A stretch of 64,000 bases of DNA from Haliotis rubra. Lineage: Eukaryota. The translations under genes were made by a program, and so were the position numbers. A model generated the notes under the pieces. That model was not told the origin of the DNA, did not search any database, and saw only the letters and a program-made list of their open reading frames with translations. Positions within the stretch are counted from its first letter, which is position 1. Each line of letters begins with the position of its first letter. Shown in pieces: positions 39,895-53,415 of the stretch. The stretch is taken from positions 1,054,001 to 1,118,000 of the forward strand of contig NW_025766092.1 of the NCBI RefSeq assembly GCF_003918875.1, given 5' to 3'.

Positions 39895-39938
<44 letters not shown>

Positions 39939-40108
39939 TAGTAGATAATGAGTAAATAGTTTTACGCCGCTTTTAGCACTATTCCAGCAATATCACGGCG
40001 GGGGACGCCAGAAATTGACTTCACACATTGTACCCATGTGGGGAATCGAACCCGGCTCTACGGCGTGACGAGCGAACGTTTCAACCACTAGACTACCGAC
40101 CCAGTAGG

Positions 40109-40164
<56 letters not shown>

Positions 40165-40165
40165 A
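39895..40165 (-). mobile_element. SINE family A (39948-40103) between (agt)n and (gca)n(gta)n microsatellites
   Basis: Reverse-complement SINE flanked by trinucleotide runs. Confidence 0.85.
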
Positions 40166-40624
40166 AATAGTAGTGGATGTAGTAATATATCAATGTTATC
40201 ATTTTATGATCACTTTATTAAGTAAAAAAAACCCCTCGGTTCTCTTTATAGATACTGGTATTTATATAGGAATGTGGAAAGGGTTAAGTCGCTTCTATTT
40301 CAAAGACAGGTATGGTCCTCGACCGTGCATGGCAACATACCGTACCAGCTTGCTTCTCCTAGTTCTTACATCCTCCACAACAATGACATGACACACAATG
40401 GCATTGGATACGGTGCACCACCAGAGAACCGAACCGTTTAATAGCAATATCTTCACACATGTCAATACACATCAAAAACTTTCATACATGCATCATTTGT
40501 ACCAATGACTTACATAATATTTATGTACATATCCTGATCACACAGTACATGTATTAAAGAATCATGTACAAAACCAACCATAGATTTATACATTTTATAT
40601 TGCTTAAACATATGAACAAAATCA

Positions 40625-40880
40625 CGGCGACAATATTTCAACTCGCCGACACGCCATCCACATCGGCGATAAGCCATCTTCCTCGGAGACAATATTGCAA
40701 CTCTGCGACAAGCCATCAAACTCGGTGACAAGCCATCAACATCGGCGACAGGCCAGCATGAAGCGACAAGCTTCTCCACATTTCGCAACAACGTATCGGC
40801 GACAAGCCCTCACCTGGCAACAAGCCATTACAAGGCAACAAGCCATCACCTGGCAACGAGCCATCCACTGGGCGACAGGT
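40625..40880. repeat. Degenerate ~19-20-bp tandem repeat (cggcgacaagccatc...)
   Basis: About a dozen imperfect ggcgacaagcc / ggcaacaagcc units. Confidence 0.65.
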
Positions 40881-41670
40881 CTCTCAAGACGCACCCATCA
40901 CTATAACAAACAGAAATACATATATCATACACGTACATGTTGAATATTTGTATTTATCTTTTTCAAAATGACATCTAATTTCTGGGATATGGGTCTCTCA
41001 TCCATGTTGTGTGCACCGTAACCGACAATGGCATATTCACACTTCTACACCCTTTATATACCCCCTTTAAACGCCCCCTACAGTCATTATCTCCCTTTGT
41101 TGTATCTTCCTACGCCAGGAGAAAGAAATTTCATTCTAATTCGTTCCTCAAACGAAAGAAATTATATTTCATCACAGTGCATGAAACCTGCCGCACGTGT
41201 ACGTAATGCTATATTTGGGATTACGCTCACTAAGCCTAGCTCGTACTGGTTTCGTTTCGTTCGAATACCCATGAGTCAAGGCAACTTCCTCGTTTCGATT
41301 TGGTACATGCACAGCTTAGGGGCTAGGTATAGACCACAGTGTGATACAATGAGCAGTGTCACAGTATATGTTCATCCAGACAACATTCGAAGCAACATCC
41401 CTACAACACGTATTCGGAAGAAAGGTAGGTGTCGTACATGTACACATCGATTTCTCACTGATAATGTAAATTTCAACACTATATAGAATGCCTATACTTA
41501 ATGGTGAATAAGGAAAGATAAGCATATGACATTGCCTGGTTGTTTATGCCATATTCTACAAGCAGTAGGTCGATAATTATCAATATAAAGAAACAAATGT
41601 CACATTGCTGAAGTTTTTATACCGTCATGTTTTCTTGATGTATCTACCTTCTCAGTACTTGCGTCAAATC

Positions 41671-41826
41671 GGGGCAGTGGGTAGCCTTGTGGTTAAAGTG
41701 TTCGCTCAACACGCCGAAAGACCCGGGTTCGATTCCCCACATGGGTACATGTCTGGTGTCTCCCGCCGTGATATTGTTTGAATATTGATAAATGCGGCGT
41801 AAAACCATACTCACTCACTCACTCAC
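41671..41826 (+). mobile_element. SINE family A
   Basis: A/B boxes and (actc)n tail; small internal deletion. Confidence 0.85.
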
Positions 41827-42057
41827 TACGTTAAATGGTGATATTGTTGTACAAGGAACTAATGTTAACACATGAAACCGTATTTGTCTCTCAGTCGGGA
41901 TCACCCTTGACCTACGAGAGAAGCCATTGTGTTGTCTGATTTCTATTTCCGCATATACTATACTATACTTAATGGTTATTCTGCTCGCACTGTAAACACA
42001 CTATGCAGTCGTGTCTGTATTGTAGCAGGTACAATTGAAGTTTATTCTGTGTTTAAC

Positions 42058-42284
42058 GACCCGTGAAAATCCGGGTTAGAATACTGATCTTCAGTAACCG
42101 ATGCTTGTTGCAAGAGGCGACTAACGGGATCGAGCTGTCGGGTTTGCTGACTTGGTCGACACATGACACCGTATCCCAACTGCGTAGATCGATGCTCATG
42201 TTGTTGATCATTGGAGTGTCTGGTCCAGACTCGATTATTGACAGACCGCGTCCATATACCTGGAATATAAACCCACTCACTCAC
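42058..42284 (+). mobile_element. SINE family B
   Basis: gacccgtgaaaatccgggttagaat...tggaatat...actcactc. Confidence 0.85.
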
Positions 42285-42309
42285 TGCGTTTTAACGGTAA
42301 GGGATGCAG

Positions 42310-42460
42310 CGAGTAGCTAGCCTTAGCACCACTTTAAGCACTATTGCAGTAGTATCACGTACGGGGGCACCTAACAATGACTTCGTAGCCCTGTGGAGAA
42401 AATCGAACCCAGTTCTCGGCGTGACGCGAAAACGCTTTAACCAATAGGCTTCCCTACCCC
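42310..42460 (-). mobile_element. SINE family A, diverged
   Basis: aatcgaacccagttctcggcgtgacgcgaaaacgctttaaccaataggct. Confidence 0.65.
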
Positions 42461-42774
42461 TGTCATTCGTGTTTGAATAAATATGACTTAGCTGAACAAA
42501 ACGGATGTGAAAATATCCCTTCATTGTAAATAAGTAATTCTATGACATATTCCTTCTAAAAAGAAACGCCTGTAAGGGTTTTTACTACAATTTACTCTTA
42601 TAATTTATACATCGTATGGAATTTAATAGGAAAAGGAATTCAAAGAAATTTCACACGGGAAATGTCACAGTATCACTGCTTGATAAGATCTCGAGAAAAG
42701 TCAGTTAGTGGGTCACATACAGACTTTTGGTGGCGCTGAAGTCAGTATCTCGTGTGACCACCATTAGCGTTCAG

Positions 42775-42930
42775 AAATGCTATATGGCGGCGGTCTGTCA
42801 ATAATCGACTCTGGACCAGCCAATCCAGTGATCAACAGCATGAACATCGATCTATACAACTGGGATACGATGACATGTGTCAGTCCAGTCAGTGAGCCTG
42901 ACCAGCCGATCCCGTTAGTCGCCTCTTATG
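42775..42930 (-). mobile_element. SINE family B, partial
   Basis: gctatatggcggcggtctgtcaataatcga...gatcccgttagtcgcctctta. Confidence 0.8.
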
Positions 42931-42989
42931 GACAGCATTGCGTTGTCAGGTTGCCTTGGATAACACCAACTCACTTGTTGTAGTGTAGG

Positions 42990-43460
42990 TTATGGCTCCC
43001 CACATCATCACGCTTTCCCAGCAGGCGTCATCAAAACGTCTGTACACCCGCATTCATCCATCGCGTCGTTCCAACTGAAATATCGATTCATCGCTGGACC
43101 AGATTCGACGCCAATTGTCCAGGGTCCAGGCCTGAACATTGGTTCACCATTGAACACGATATTATCGATGTTGATGACGCTGCACGGGGCCAAAGTACGG
43201 TCTTCTAGCTCTTAAACCTGCTCTCGCAGTCTGTGCCTGGCAGATACTCTTCTCAAACCGGTTATTTGCCTACCGGTACTGGTCGTTGTAGCTGTTCGAT
43301 CACGCAAATGATGTACCCGGATGTACGAATCTTGCGCTGCAGTGGTACCTCGAGGTCGTCCACTTCTAGGTCCATCTTCCACCGAGTTCTGCCGGTGATA
43401 TCCCACCCAGAGACGGGAAATCGTGCTCTGGTGGACGTTCATACGACTGGCAACTGAAAG
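42990..43460 (-). mobile_element. Tc1/mariner transposase fossil (N-terminal half)
   Basis: NVHQSTISRLW...PRSGRPRGTTAAQDSYIR (paired-like HTH plus GRPR), and downstream NWRRIWSSDES (first catalytic Asp motif). Frameshifts and stops. Confidence 0.8.
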
Positions 43461-43716
43461 CTGAGACTGTCGATTGGCGCGGTTCAGTTAGTTCCCCAAA
43501 ACTCCCAAAATACAGTGAATAAACCAAATACATTTATCGATCTATTATACCCAACAGGGATACGATGTGATCCCCAAGTTTCACGTGATACGATTGCATA
43601 AACATTTCTAAATCAAAGCTTACATTGCCTGAACACACTGTTTATATGGTGGTGATGTTGTTGATATAGGAGGAAACCGCAAGGAGTTAGAGGTGGACGC
43701 ACGCTCGCACACACAC

Positions 43717-43868
43717 AGGGGCGTTGTGGTAGTCTAGAGGTTCAAGCGTTCGCTCGTCACGCCAGAGACCCACATGAATACAATGTGTGAATCCCATTTC
43801 TGGTGTCCCCCGTCGTGATATTGCTGGAATATTGCTAAAAGCGATGTAAAGCCATACTCACTCACTCA
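43717..43868 (+). mobile_element. SINE family A
   Basis: Body and tail match the family; B box deleted. Confidence 0.8.
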
Positions 43869-43881
43869 CACACTACGGACA

Positions 43882-44083
43882 NNNNNNNNNNNNNNNNNNN
43901 NNNNNNNNNNNNNNNNNNNNNNNNNNNNNNNNNNNNNNNNNNNNNNNNNNNNNNNNNNNNNNNNNNNNNNNNNNNNNNNNNNNNNNNNNNNNNNNNNNNN
44001 NNNNNNNNNNNNNNNNNNNNNNNNNNNNNNNNNNNNNNNNNNNNNNNNNNNNNNNNNNNNNNNNNNNNNNNNNNNNNNNNNNN
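43882..44083. other. Assembly gap (N run)
   Basis: Run of N. Confidence 1.
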
Positions 44084-44669
44084 TAGAGTGATCGGACATT
44101 CGGATCTCTTATCTGTTTATTGTGTATAAAACATCTGTTGTTTGTGTACAGAGCCAACCGGATTCTGCTGTTTCTCATCCTCGCTACCCAAGGATAAACA
44201 TGCCCTAATGCATGGCAGGAAGATCATGTTTTGGCTCTAGTTTTACAGGAAACACGTGATTCACGACTTCCTACCTCAAGATAGAAGGATGTTCTTCAGA
44301 ACTTAGAACAGATGCCATGAAAACATTTTAAGAAATAGCAACGCAAGAATCGATGTAAACGAAAACGCGGAACTAAAACTAAAGGACAACTATCTAATGT
44401 ATGTTGTGCACTCTCATATTCCAGTGCAACTATCCTTTATAATGTCAGATTCTTTCTCAGCACAAGAAAGCCAGAGGTTATCACGTGCCTCAAATTATAA
44501 TTAGTACATAATCTTACTAATAATTTTTTGGAGACTATTAATCTTTAACATTAAAATAGAAAATTGGAGATTTTTAAGGCTAGAGTTAATTTCAAATACC
44601 GCAGCAAGTAGTAGTGGATAGGAGTCATTAAAGCACAACTTTTTATCCATACGGTATTGGAAAAAGGGA

Positions 44670-45295
44670 TGTGGATGCAAGACACAAAAATTCTTTACTC
44701 CCACCAATAATTTATTCTCGTATACGTTCAGTTTCACTTTGGCTTCTTTCTTTGGCTTGGTGAGGTTCAGAAAACTACAAAGCAGAAATACAGACTTGCT
44801 AAGTAAATTATTCCTAACAGTCAAAGTACATGCCAAGTCTAAGTTAATTACTTCAAATTAACAGTTACAAGATAAATGAATAAAATGTACAATTAACAAA
44901 ACCTTCAAATAATATTACCTTATTATGCCTTGAAATATATTACAATAGCAAACAATGCCACTCACATTTGTGTTCATGCCAACTACAACAGCTGAATGTC
45001 TCCAACATGGAGGCAGTGACAAGCCATGTGCTCTGATGAGGGGCAACACTCACAATAAGAGGAAGTACATGTAATCTGTTATGACAATCATGATCATACT
45101 TTTTGGAAAACTAATAACAGTTATAGCCAAGCTAGACTTTCTGAACTTCATCTGAACTAAATTTTACAATGTAAATTACTACACTATTTTAGAACTTTGT
45201 ACTTTGCAACATAAAAATATAACCTTTTGACAACAAATATCTTTAGTGCATGGAATTATAAACTAATTGAAGTGAACATTTTTTCTGCATCAACA
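44670..45295 (-). repeat. 3' LTR of the BEL/Pao element
   Basis: tgtggatgca...tgcatcaaca; direct repeat of 51580-52201. Confidence 0.93.
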
Positions 45296-45416
45296 CACTC
45301 GGCCTCTTAAACAACATTGTTCAACAAACTTCTCACAATGCAGAAACAATCCGAAATAACATACAGACCATAACTTTGGCCATACATTCGTACACAATGT
45401 CAATTTTCACAAAATT

Positions 45417-48400
45417 TCACACATCATCATATCTTTCACTCGTCTTTTGAAGTAATAGTACTAGTGTGTGTACAGGTCTGCGCAGTTCTGTACTTTGAGT
45501 TTTCAGTATCACACTTCTCACAAAGCCCTGTTTGTCAGGCTCAACTTTGATCACTCGTCCCATGGGCCAGCATGATCTGTGTGCATTTTCATCCTTGATG
45601 AGTACAATGTCATCTATTTCAATGTTGCGTTTTGGTGCACTCCATTTTTGTCTCTCTTGTAGGGAATACAGGTATTCATTCCTCCACCTTGTCCAAAATA
45701 CATTTGCGAGATCCTGAATCCTTCTCCATCTCCGACGCATGTAGACACCAGCACGTTGAAATTTACCTTGTGGAGCGATGAAAACGATGGATTTTATCAT
45801 GAACAAATGGTTTGGCGTTAGGGGGTTCAGGTCAGCGGCGTCACTGGAAACTGTGGTGAGTGGACGGGAGTTGACGATGGCTTCTACTTTGCTTAGGAGG
45901 GTACGGTATGATTCGTCATCCAAACGGTCTCCGAACTCATACAGCATGGGAGATAGAATCTTATCACGGCAGAACCTATTATGTGTTCCCATACCCCGCC
46001 CATGTGACTGGCTGATGGCGGGTTTAACTTCCAGTCGATGTTGGCTTGCAGTAGGTGAGAGTGGATGCTGTTTTGATCAAGTTCTGCTAGTGCTTCTTTC
46101 AATTCTCTGGCAGCTCCAATGAAGTTGGTGCCATTGTCACACCATATCTCTTTAACAGGTCCACGTCGTGCTATAAAGAGATGCAAGGCAGGTATGAATG
46201 AGTCTGTGTCCAAAGAGTTGTCCGTTTCGATGTGTATGGCTCTACTCGCTAAACATGTGAACAGTGCTCCATAGCGTTTCATCTGTTTCCTACCTTCTTT
46301 GATGGTATCCAGGCCAAAGAAATCTACACCTGAGTATGTAAATGGCGGCGCTGGATTCACTCTGCTGAATGGTAGGTCGGACATCTTCTGTTCACATGGA
46401 GGCATTTTCAGTCTTCGACAGGTGACACAATGGGACGGTATGTTTCTCACGGTTGCGTTCGCTCTGATGACCCAATACTTTTCTCGTAGCTTCGAAAGTA
46501 CATGATTTCGTCCCATATGGCCAAGCTTCTTGTGTATGTCTTGTATGAACAGGCTTGTGACATGATGTTTGCTTGGTAGAAGAATCTGGTGCTTCATTTC
46601 ATCTGGGATCTGAGACTTGCTGAGTCTGCCACCTACTGCTGTAAGGACATGGATTTCCTCGTAGAAACTCTTGGACTGCACAAACTTCATGATATTCTCT
46701 GCACATTCAAGTTTCTCAGCTGTGAAAAGCGGTTTATTGTTATATACCCCCCGATTCAACTTTACCTTTTCTGTTCCTGATACGAGCTTGGATGTTGTTG
46801 ATGAGTTGGAGATATATGACTACGCCCCGCTTAAGACGATACCAACTTGAATAATGTTTAAACAAAGTGTCAAGCCCTTCACATTGCATCTTGGTTGGTG
46901 ATACACACGTAGTTGCAACTGTATCCTCTACAACAGATTCTGCCGGTCCGGGTTGTTTCAGATTCCATTCTGATTCAGATCTCCAGAGGAATTGTGGTCC
47001 TTCAAACCAGTCTGATTGCGCCAGTAGTTGTGCTGTGCTAGCTCCTCTGGATGCTATATCCGCTGGGTTCTCATCAGATTCTACATACTTCCAATCTTTT
47101 GGCGCAGAGTAGTCCCTTATCATATTCTCACACAATTAGCAACAAATACTGGGTATCTCTTCTTCTCACTGTTGATATAATACAGGACAGTTGTTGAATC
47201 TGTGAAGTACGTCACGCTATCAATATCTGTATCAAGTTCTTTCAGCATACGTTGAGCTATTTGAACTGCGACTGTAGCGGCCGTCAACTCGAGATGTGGA
47301 ATACTCACAGGTTTCACAGGAGTCAGTCTTGATTTCCTCATTAGAAAAGCAACATGGATATTTTGCTCAGCATCAGAAAGCCGAAGATAAGCTACACAGC
47401 CGTACCCTACCGAGCTGGCATCAGAGAACACATGAACCTGTTTAGATATAACTTTACAGAACTCAGGAGGCTTCAGGCATCGTTCAATCTTCAGTGTTTC
47501 AAGTAGCTTGAGCTCCTTCAGCCACCTTTTCCATGAGACTTCATACTTTCCTGGTATATCATCATCCCAGTCCAGATCATTGTTGGCACACAATTCTTGA
47601 AGTATCCGCTTAGCGGGAAGAATGATAGGTGTAACGATACCGAGGGGATCATACAGAGATGAAACCGTGGATAGTAGACCACGACGTGTGACTGGTTTCT
47701 CAATGAAGTCGGTGGAAAATCCAAATGTGTCTGTATTTACATACCATTTCATCCTAAGAGCACGTTCAATTGGTAGTTCATCATAATCCAGGTCACGGGT
47801 TTGAATCTCTTTGGAATGATCACCAACTGGGATTGACTTCAAAACGTTTCTGCTATTTGAAGTGAACTTGGTTAATTTGAAGCCCCCATGTGCACATGCG
47901 GCTGTCACGTCATAGATTAGCTTTATAGCTGTCTTGTCATCTTCTACAGATCTTAAACAGTCATTAACGTAAAAGTTCTTTCTGATTGCATCAGGTACGA
48001 GACTGCCAAACCTTTGTTCTGCTCTGTTGGCTGTGGCTTTCAATGCAAAGTTGGATATGCTGGGAGAGGAGACTGCTCCAAAGATATGAACACCCATTCT
48101 ATATTCCTGTAAGTCAGTGTTGAGATCACCGTTTGGCCACCACAAAAGTCTTAGGCTGTTATGTTGAGTCACTGGCACCTTCACCTGGTAAAACATGGAC
48201 TCTATGTCTGCCATGAATGCTATCCGTTCAGCTCTGAATCTTGTCAGAACACCTATCAAAGAGTTTGTGAGGTCTGGACCTTGCAGAAGCCTGTCGTTCA
48301 ATGATGTTCCTTCATACTTGGCGCTGCAGTCGAAAACCACACGGATCTTTCTTGGCTTTTTTGGGTGATAGATTCCATGCGGAAGATACCAAATTCTCTG

Positions 48401-51166
48401 TGATTCAGGTGACAGTTGATCTTCAGGTATCTTGTACGCGAAGCCCTTTCAAGGAGATTATCAACAAAACCTACATAATGCTTGTAGTACTGTTCAGTGT
48501 GGAGCATTTTCTTCCTTTGCCATTTCGCTCTGCTCTCTGCTTGAGTCCTGTTGTTTGCACATAATCTATCGTCTCTGAATGGTAATGGACGCTCATAGTG
48601 ACCATTGACATATTTCACCTGTTCCTCTGCTGTCTCCATAAATCTCCTATCTTCTCTTGAATAGCCCTTCTCCCTTGGTACTTTGCCGAGATCCTGCTCA
48701 CTGAAGTCTCGTTCGAAGATCCTTACGATAGTACTCGGAGCTAGACATTCCTTCACGGAACTCTTTTCGCAAAGGAAAACTCTGTTGCAGACAAGAGTGT
48801 TTCTCTCACTATTAAACTTCACATGTAGAGGCCCGTTAATCGTCCAGCCATGCTTATACAACACTGCGAACGGACCATCCCGATCTGATGGAATCACCTT
48901 TTGAGGCTGTAAGGTTGAAGGACAGTTACTTCCAATTAGGAGACCAACTTCAAGTTCCGGGTAAAATTCAGGTAATTTACTTGCCATATTTTCAAGCTCA
49001 GAGAATCGCTCGAGAAACTTTGGATCAGCAATCTGGTTATGATTAACTGGTATTTCCTTTACAAATGTCCAAGGAAGATAGACTGGATGATTGTCAGTTA
49101 CAGAGAGGCCAGTTACAGCTGAGGTTTCTACCATATCTACACCATGCATAGTCTGTAGTTTCAGAGTTGTCGTAGTTGTTGATGCGCCAAGTTGATCTTT
49201 GAGTGTCTCTGTGATGAAGCAACCAGTACTCCCATTGTCTAAGATGCATAAATCTTCACCGCTTTACTGTTACCTTGCCGGCGTATGATGACAGGCAGAA
49301 TCGGCTGTAGCACAGTTTCCACCGAGTCAGACTTGGTATTGTTACAAGAAGATGACACTGTTTCTGTTAAATCCTTTTGGATGCCGTTGCCTTCTGTTTG
49401 ATACTTGGTGTCTGTTGAATGTTGACTGCTGTGTCTAATTTGAAAGTTATCGTCATGTAGTGCTGTTGGATGACGTTTTCCACACTTCCTACATATTCTC
49501 TTTCTTAGACATCCTTTGACAGCATGGTTGTATCCTTAGCATCCATAACACATGTGCTTCTCTCTCAAGTAAGAACGTTTCTCGTTCAGTGTCTTTTGCT
49601 TGAAGGCTTCACAGTCAGTTCTGTCCAACATTTGTTGCGAAAGAGCTCGACCTTGGTTTCCTAGCAATCAGCTTGTCCTTCCTAAATCCTCTGCTAGGAG
49701 TATGTCCACGATTACTTTCAGTTTTACTCATCGCTTCTTTACTGAAAATAGGCTCATTCGCTGATTTGGCTGCAAAGTCTATGAACTCCACGAGATCTTT
49801 AAATCCAATCATCCTGTTGTTCTGGATCCTACACTTGGTAATGTGATCTCGCCACTTGTTCTGGAGGTATTGAGGCAACTTCTGTACTATAGCCTGCAAG
49901 TTGGGTGCATGGTTCAGGACGGTCATATGGGATATATTATTCATAGCATGTGAACATTTGGTGAGAAAGAATGAGAACTGTCTCAGCTTCTGACTATCTT
50001 CTTGCCTAATATCTGGCCATGAAAGTACCTGATGGACGTACGCTGTAGAAACCTTGTATGGATCCCCGTATTCTCCAGCCAGCAACTCCCGAGCCTTAAT
50101 GTATCCCTCCACTGACGCCATGTACAAACATCCAGCTATCAACTCCTTTGGTTCCCCCTCCAGCTGCAGGTCCAGGTAGTACAGCCTGTTTATACTGTTT
50201 GTCGAGTGAGGAACTATCCTAGCATCAAATGACATCATGAATGAGTTGTATGCTGTTGGGTCACCCCTAAACTTGGGTACTTCAGGTTGTGGAAGAAACA
50301 TGGCAGTTGTCATCTGTCTGTGGGTTTGCAGTAGCACATCATTCTGGGTAGGATGCAGTGTTTGATGAACAGATGCATAGTATTCATAGTCAAAGGTGGG
50401 TGAATCACCCTGTAGCTCGAATCACCCTGTAGCTCCAAGTATATATCAACATAAACCTTCTCTCTTGCCTTACACTTAGCTATTTCTATGTTCAACTGAA
50501 GCTCCTTCATTTTACGTGTTTCCTCCAATATGTCTTTTTCTGCAAGAAGTTCAGCCAATTTTGCCTTTTCCTTATCTAGAGCCGATCTCGTTGAACTTGT
50601 AGTTTTTCCTGAAGCTTGGGAACCCCTATTTGACATATTATCACACTTATCTAACAATAGTCTCTCATTTGAAATCCAACCTTTAACTACTTTTCTAAAG
50701 CTAGAAATAGAAATATCCTTTTCTTCATAACGTTTTCTCTCACAATCTCTATCTGCCTCAGAATCAAGCTGCTCATAATAGGAAGCAAAGTATGTGTGAT
50801 ACTGTTTACACAAGTCAATCAACTCCACAAAACAAAACTTCAATGAATGTAAATAGTCAGTACCACTGTTCAACATTAATCTGGAAAGTTCATTTCTCTT
50901 CTTCGTTATGGCTGAAAGCGCTGCAGTTTGTTGATTCTTCGACCATCGTAACCTTTCAACTTTCCCTTTCTCAGTCAAAGTTTTAACTCTTCCTGACTCT
51001 CTGACAGACTTAGCATTAGTGTGGTTAGCCTCGACCTGGTCAACTGGAGATATATACCTTCACCAGAAGTCTCTACAGTTTGCTCACTGTGTTCCACATT
51101 ATCAGATTGTTCATTCAGTGTCAAATTAGATTGTTCATCTTGAAGATCCCCTGTCGTTGCCATCAT
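45417..51166 (-). pseudogene. Frameshifted BEL/Pao gag-pol polyprotein
   Basis: Gag FRGDPTAY (DUF1759-like) and Cys/His knuckles ~49460-49560. Protease LDNGS ~49230. RT VFDCSAK...SLND.LLQGPDL...[10 protein letters not shown]...FGAVSSP...FYVND. RNase H FSDAS...FTDST. Integrase HxxxGH...CxxC, GVDFFG, DNGTNF. C-terminal WPMGRV (DUF5641-like). Confidence 0.92.
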
Positions 51167-51408
51167 AGCACGTTACACGTTACACTATACTATGATGGTC
51201 TTTATGCAAGAAACAAATGTTTACAAATATTCACTAAGTCCAATTAGGGTAACACTACTGACGTTATTTGGCATTAAAGTTCTGATGGTCAACGTTCTTC
51301 AGCTCCAACATCATATGGCAATGGTAGAATAAATTTGTTTTAACTGATGTGAAATACACAATGCCAATGCCAACAACTACCAGTTGTCCGACTTCAATTT
51401 TTGTGGAA

Positions 51409-51503
51409 GTCGCGGTGGCTGAGCGGTCTAGGCGTCTGACTTTGTGTGCTGGCGATTAGGTGCCTGACTCTGAGGGTGCGGGTTCGAATCCCCGATGGGA
51501 CTC
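51409..51503 (+). ncRNA. Degenerate tRNA-like / Pol III promoter sequence in the BEL leader
   Basis: gtcgcggtggctgagcggtctaggcg (A box, Leu/Ser-type D arm) and ggttcgaatcc (B box). Stems are imperfect. Confidence 0.5.
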
Positions 51504-51579
51504 AACCCAAAAAGTACTAGAATCTGTACTTTACTAAGAAAGTGTAATCCCACATATAACATATGTTACGTTGAACTGA

Positions 51580-52201
51580 TGTGGATGGAAGACACAAAAA
51601 TTCTTTACTCGCACCAATAATTTATTCTCGTATATACGTTCAATTTCACTTTGACTTCTTTCTTTGGCTTGGTGAGGTTCAGAAAACTACAAAGCAGAAA
51701 TACAGACTTGCTAAGTAAATTATTCCTAACAGTCAAAGTACATGCCAAGTCTAAGTTAATTACTTCAAATTAACAGTTACAAGATTAATGAATAAAATGT
51801 ACAATTAACAAAACCTTCAAATAATATTACCTTATTATGCCTTGAAATATATTACAATAGCAAACAATGCTACTCACATTTGTGTTCATGCCAACTAAAA
51901 CAGCTGAATGTCTCCAACATGGAGGCAGTGACAAGCCATGTGTTCTGATGAGGGGCAACACTCACAATAAGGGGAAGTAATCTGTTATGACAATCATGAT
52001 CATACTTTTTGGAGAACTAACAACAGTTATAGCCAAGCTAGACTTTCTGAACCTCATCTGAACTAAATTTTACAATGAAAATTACTACACTATTTAAGAA
52101 CTTTGTACTTTGCAACATAAAAATATAACCTTTTGACAACAAATATCTTTAGTGCATGAAATTATAAACTAATTGAAGTGAACATTTTTTCTGCATCAAC
52201 A
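51580..52201 (-). repeat. 5' LTR of the BEL/Pao element
   Basis: tgtggatgga...tgcatcaaca; direct repeat of 44670-45295. Confidence 0.93.
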
Positions 52202-52299
52202 AGGGAAGTGACAGGATGATATCTGTTTGAGAGGATGCGATGTGTTCTAATGGTTGTTGCATTGGTGCACTTTGTCGTTATAAATGTGGGAGGTCAAAT

Positions 52300-53140
52300 G
52301 CGATGACTGTAGTAAAACCATCTCTGTTGACCAGACATGCACGAATCCTTCGAGACATGCTTCTGATGACTGGAGCAATGTCATCCTGACATATCTTGCA
52401 CCAATGTAATGGGAGTGGCGGGGGATCTTAACGCCGATATGAACGTCTGCCAGTTACGTCCAAGATGAGAGTAAACGGCAGAACTGGGGGCTGGTTATGG
52501 CATAACATGGAAGTTTTGCTGTTTGTGGATATAGGTCACAATCCTTGCACGATGAGCGAGTGAAAAATATAACGTTCACAGCGTTGTGCAAATGGCAAAG
52601 ATGTGCAATGATGCTGTATCGATACTACACACGGTTCAGCCAGCCATTTTGATACCACCCAAACTATCATACCAAAGTGATCATGCTGTCGTTAACGTCA
52701 ATGGAGCGCTCGATATGACGTCACCAAATTCAGTCTTTTCGGTCATGGAAGTCTGGAGAGAGCCTTACTTGGTCAGAAAACATGATAGTGTCGACAGTCA
52801 CTCCAGCACTCCAGCACTGACGCCTCTGTTTCTAATGAGGTGCAGCAGATTGTGGGACGCCACGAGGACGTCGTGTTTCGGGACGGAACCTTATCTCGGT
52901 CCCTGAGTGGCAGTTTGCAACCGATATCCTCATGTCATAATTCTGTCTAATCTATCATGGACTGGAGTAGTTTCTCTTGAGTTTACAGAGCGGCATCAAT
53001 CACCGTTGTGCTTTTGTCGGTATCGGACCTATAATCATCTTCTGACGACAAGTTGAGAAACATGCCAACACTATTCTGAAGTGTGCCTACCTACAACATG
53101 ACTGCGGCATGTAAACGTTGACCACGTTGCAGACGTCAGA
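52300..53140 (-). mobile_element. Tc1/mariner transposase fossil
   Basis: Reverse strand reads AHRARIV...VMP*PAPS (decayed WPA.SPD motif) and IRSMSRRIRACLVNRDGFT (Tc1 C-terminus). Confidence 0.65.
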
Positions 53141-53165
53141 TGATCAACACTGTTACATTCATGGT

Positions 53166-53415
53166 CAGTGCGCGAAATAGCCACTGGCACGCTAGCCCGT
53201 GGCTAGTAAGAATCCAGTCGGGCCTGTGACTGTGGAGATTTACTGGCTAGTAAATTATCATGGGGTCATTTTGTAAATATATCACTCTCCTCCACTTGTT
53301 GAGTTATAATACACTTTTAAATCATGCAAGATTATTAATTATTTTGTGGGCTTGTAACTTTCAGGCATAGCTAGCCCGACTGGTTTGCAAAATTTGGAAA
53401 CTATTTCGCACACTG
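53166..53415. mobile_element. hAT-like MITE
   Basis: TIR cagtgcgcgaaatag / ctatttcgcacactg with imperfect 8-bp TSD ttcatggt / ttcatgag. Confidence 0.75.

Larger units (their letters stand above)
44670..52201 (-). mobile_element. Full-length degenerate BEL/Pao LTR retrotransposon
   Basis: LTRs 44670-45295 and 51580-52201 (TG...CA) with 5-bp TSD AGGGA at 44665-44669 / 52202-52206. Domain order gag-PR-RT-RH-IN on the minus strand. Confidence 0.95.

Noticed and set aside
39993-40225. Poly-Tyr/Cys and poly-Ser ORFs
   Set aside because: Translations of trinucleotide microsatellites next to a SINE.
41028-41486. 152-aa ORF
   Set aside because: No recognisable motif, splice context or compositional support.
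1192-43868. Functional tRNA genes at family A heads and at 5215-5290
   Set aside because: They lack a complete acceptor stem and continue into a shared SINE body and tail; they are SINE heads.
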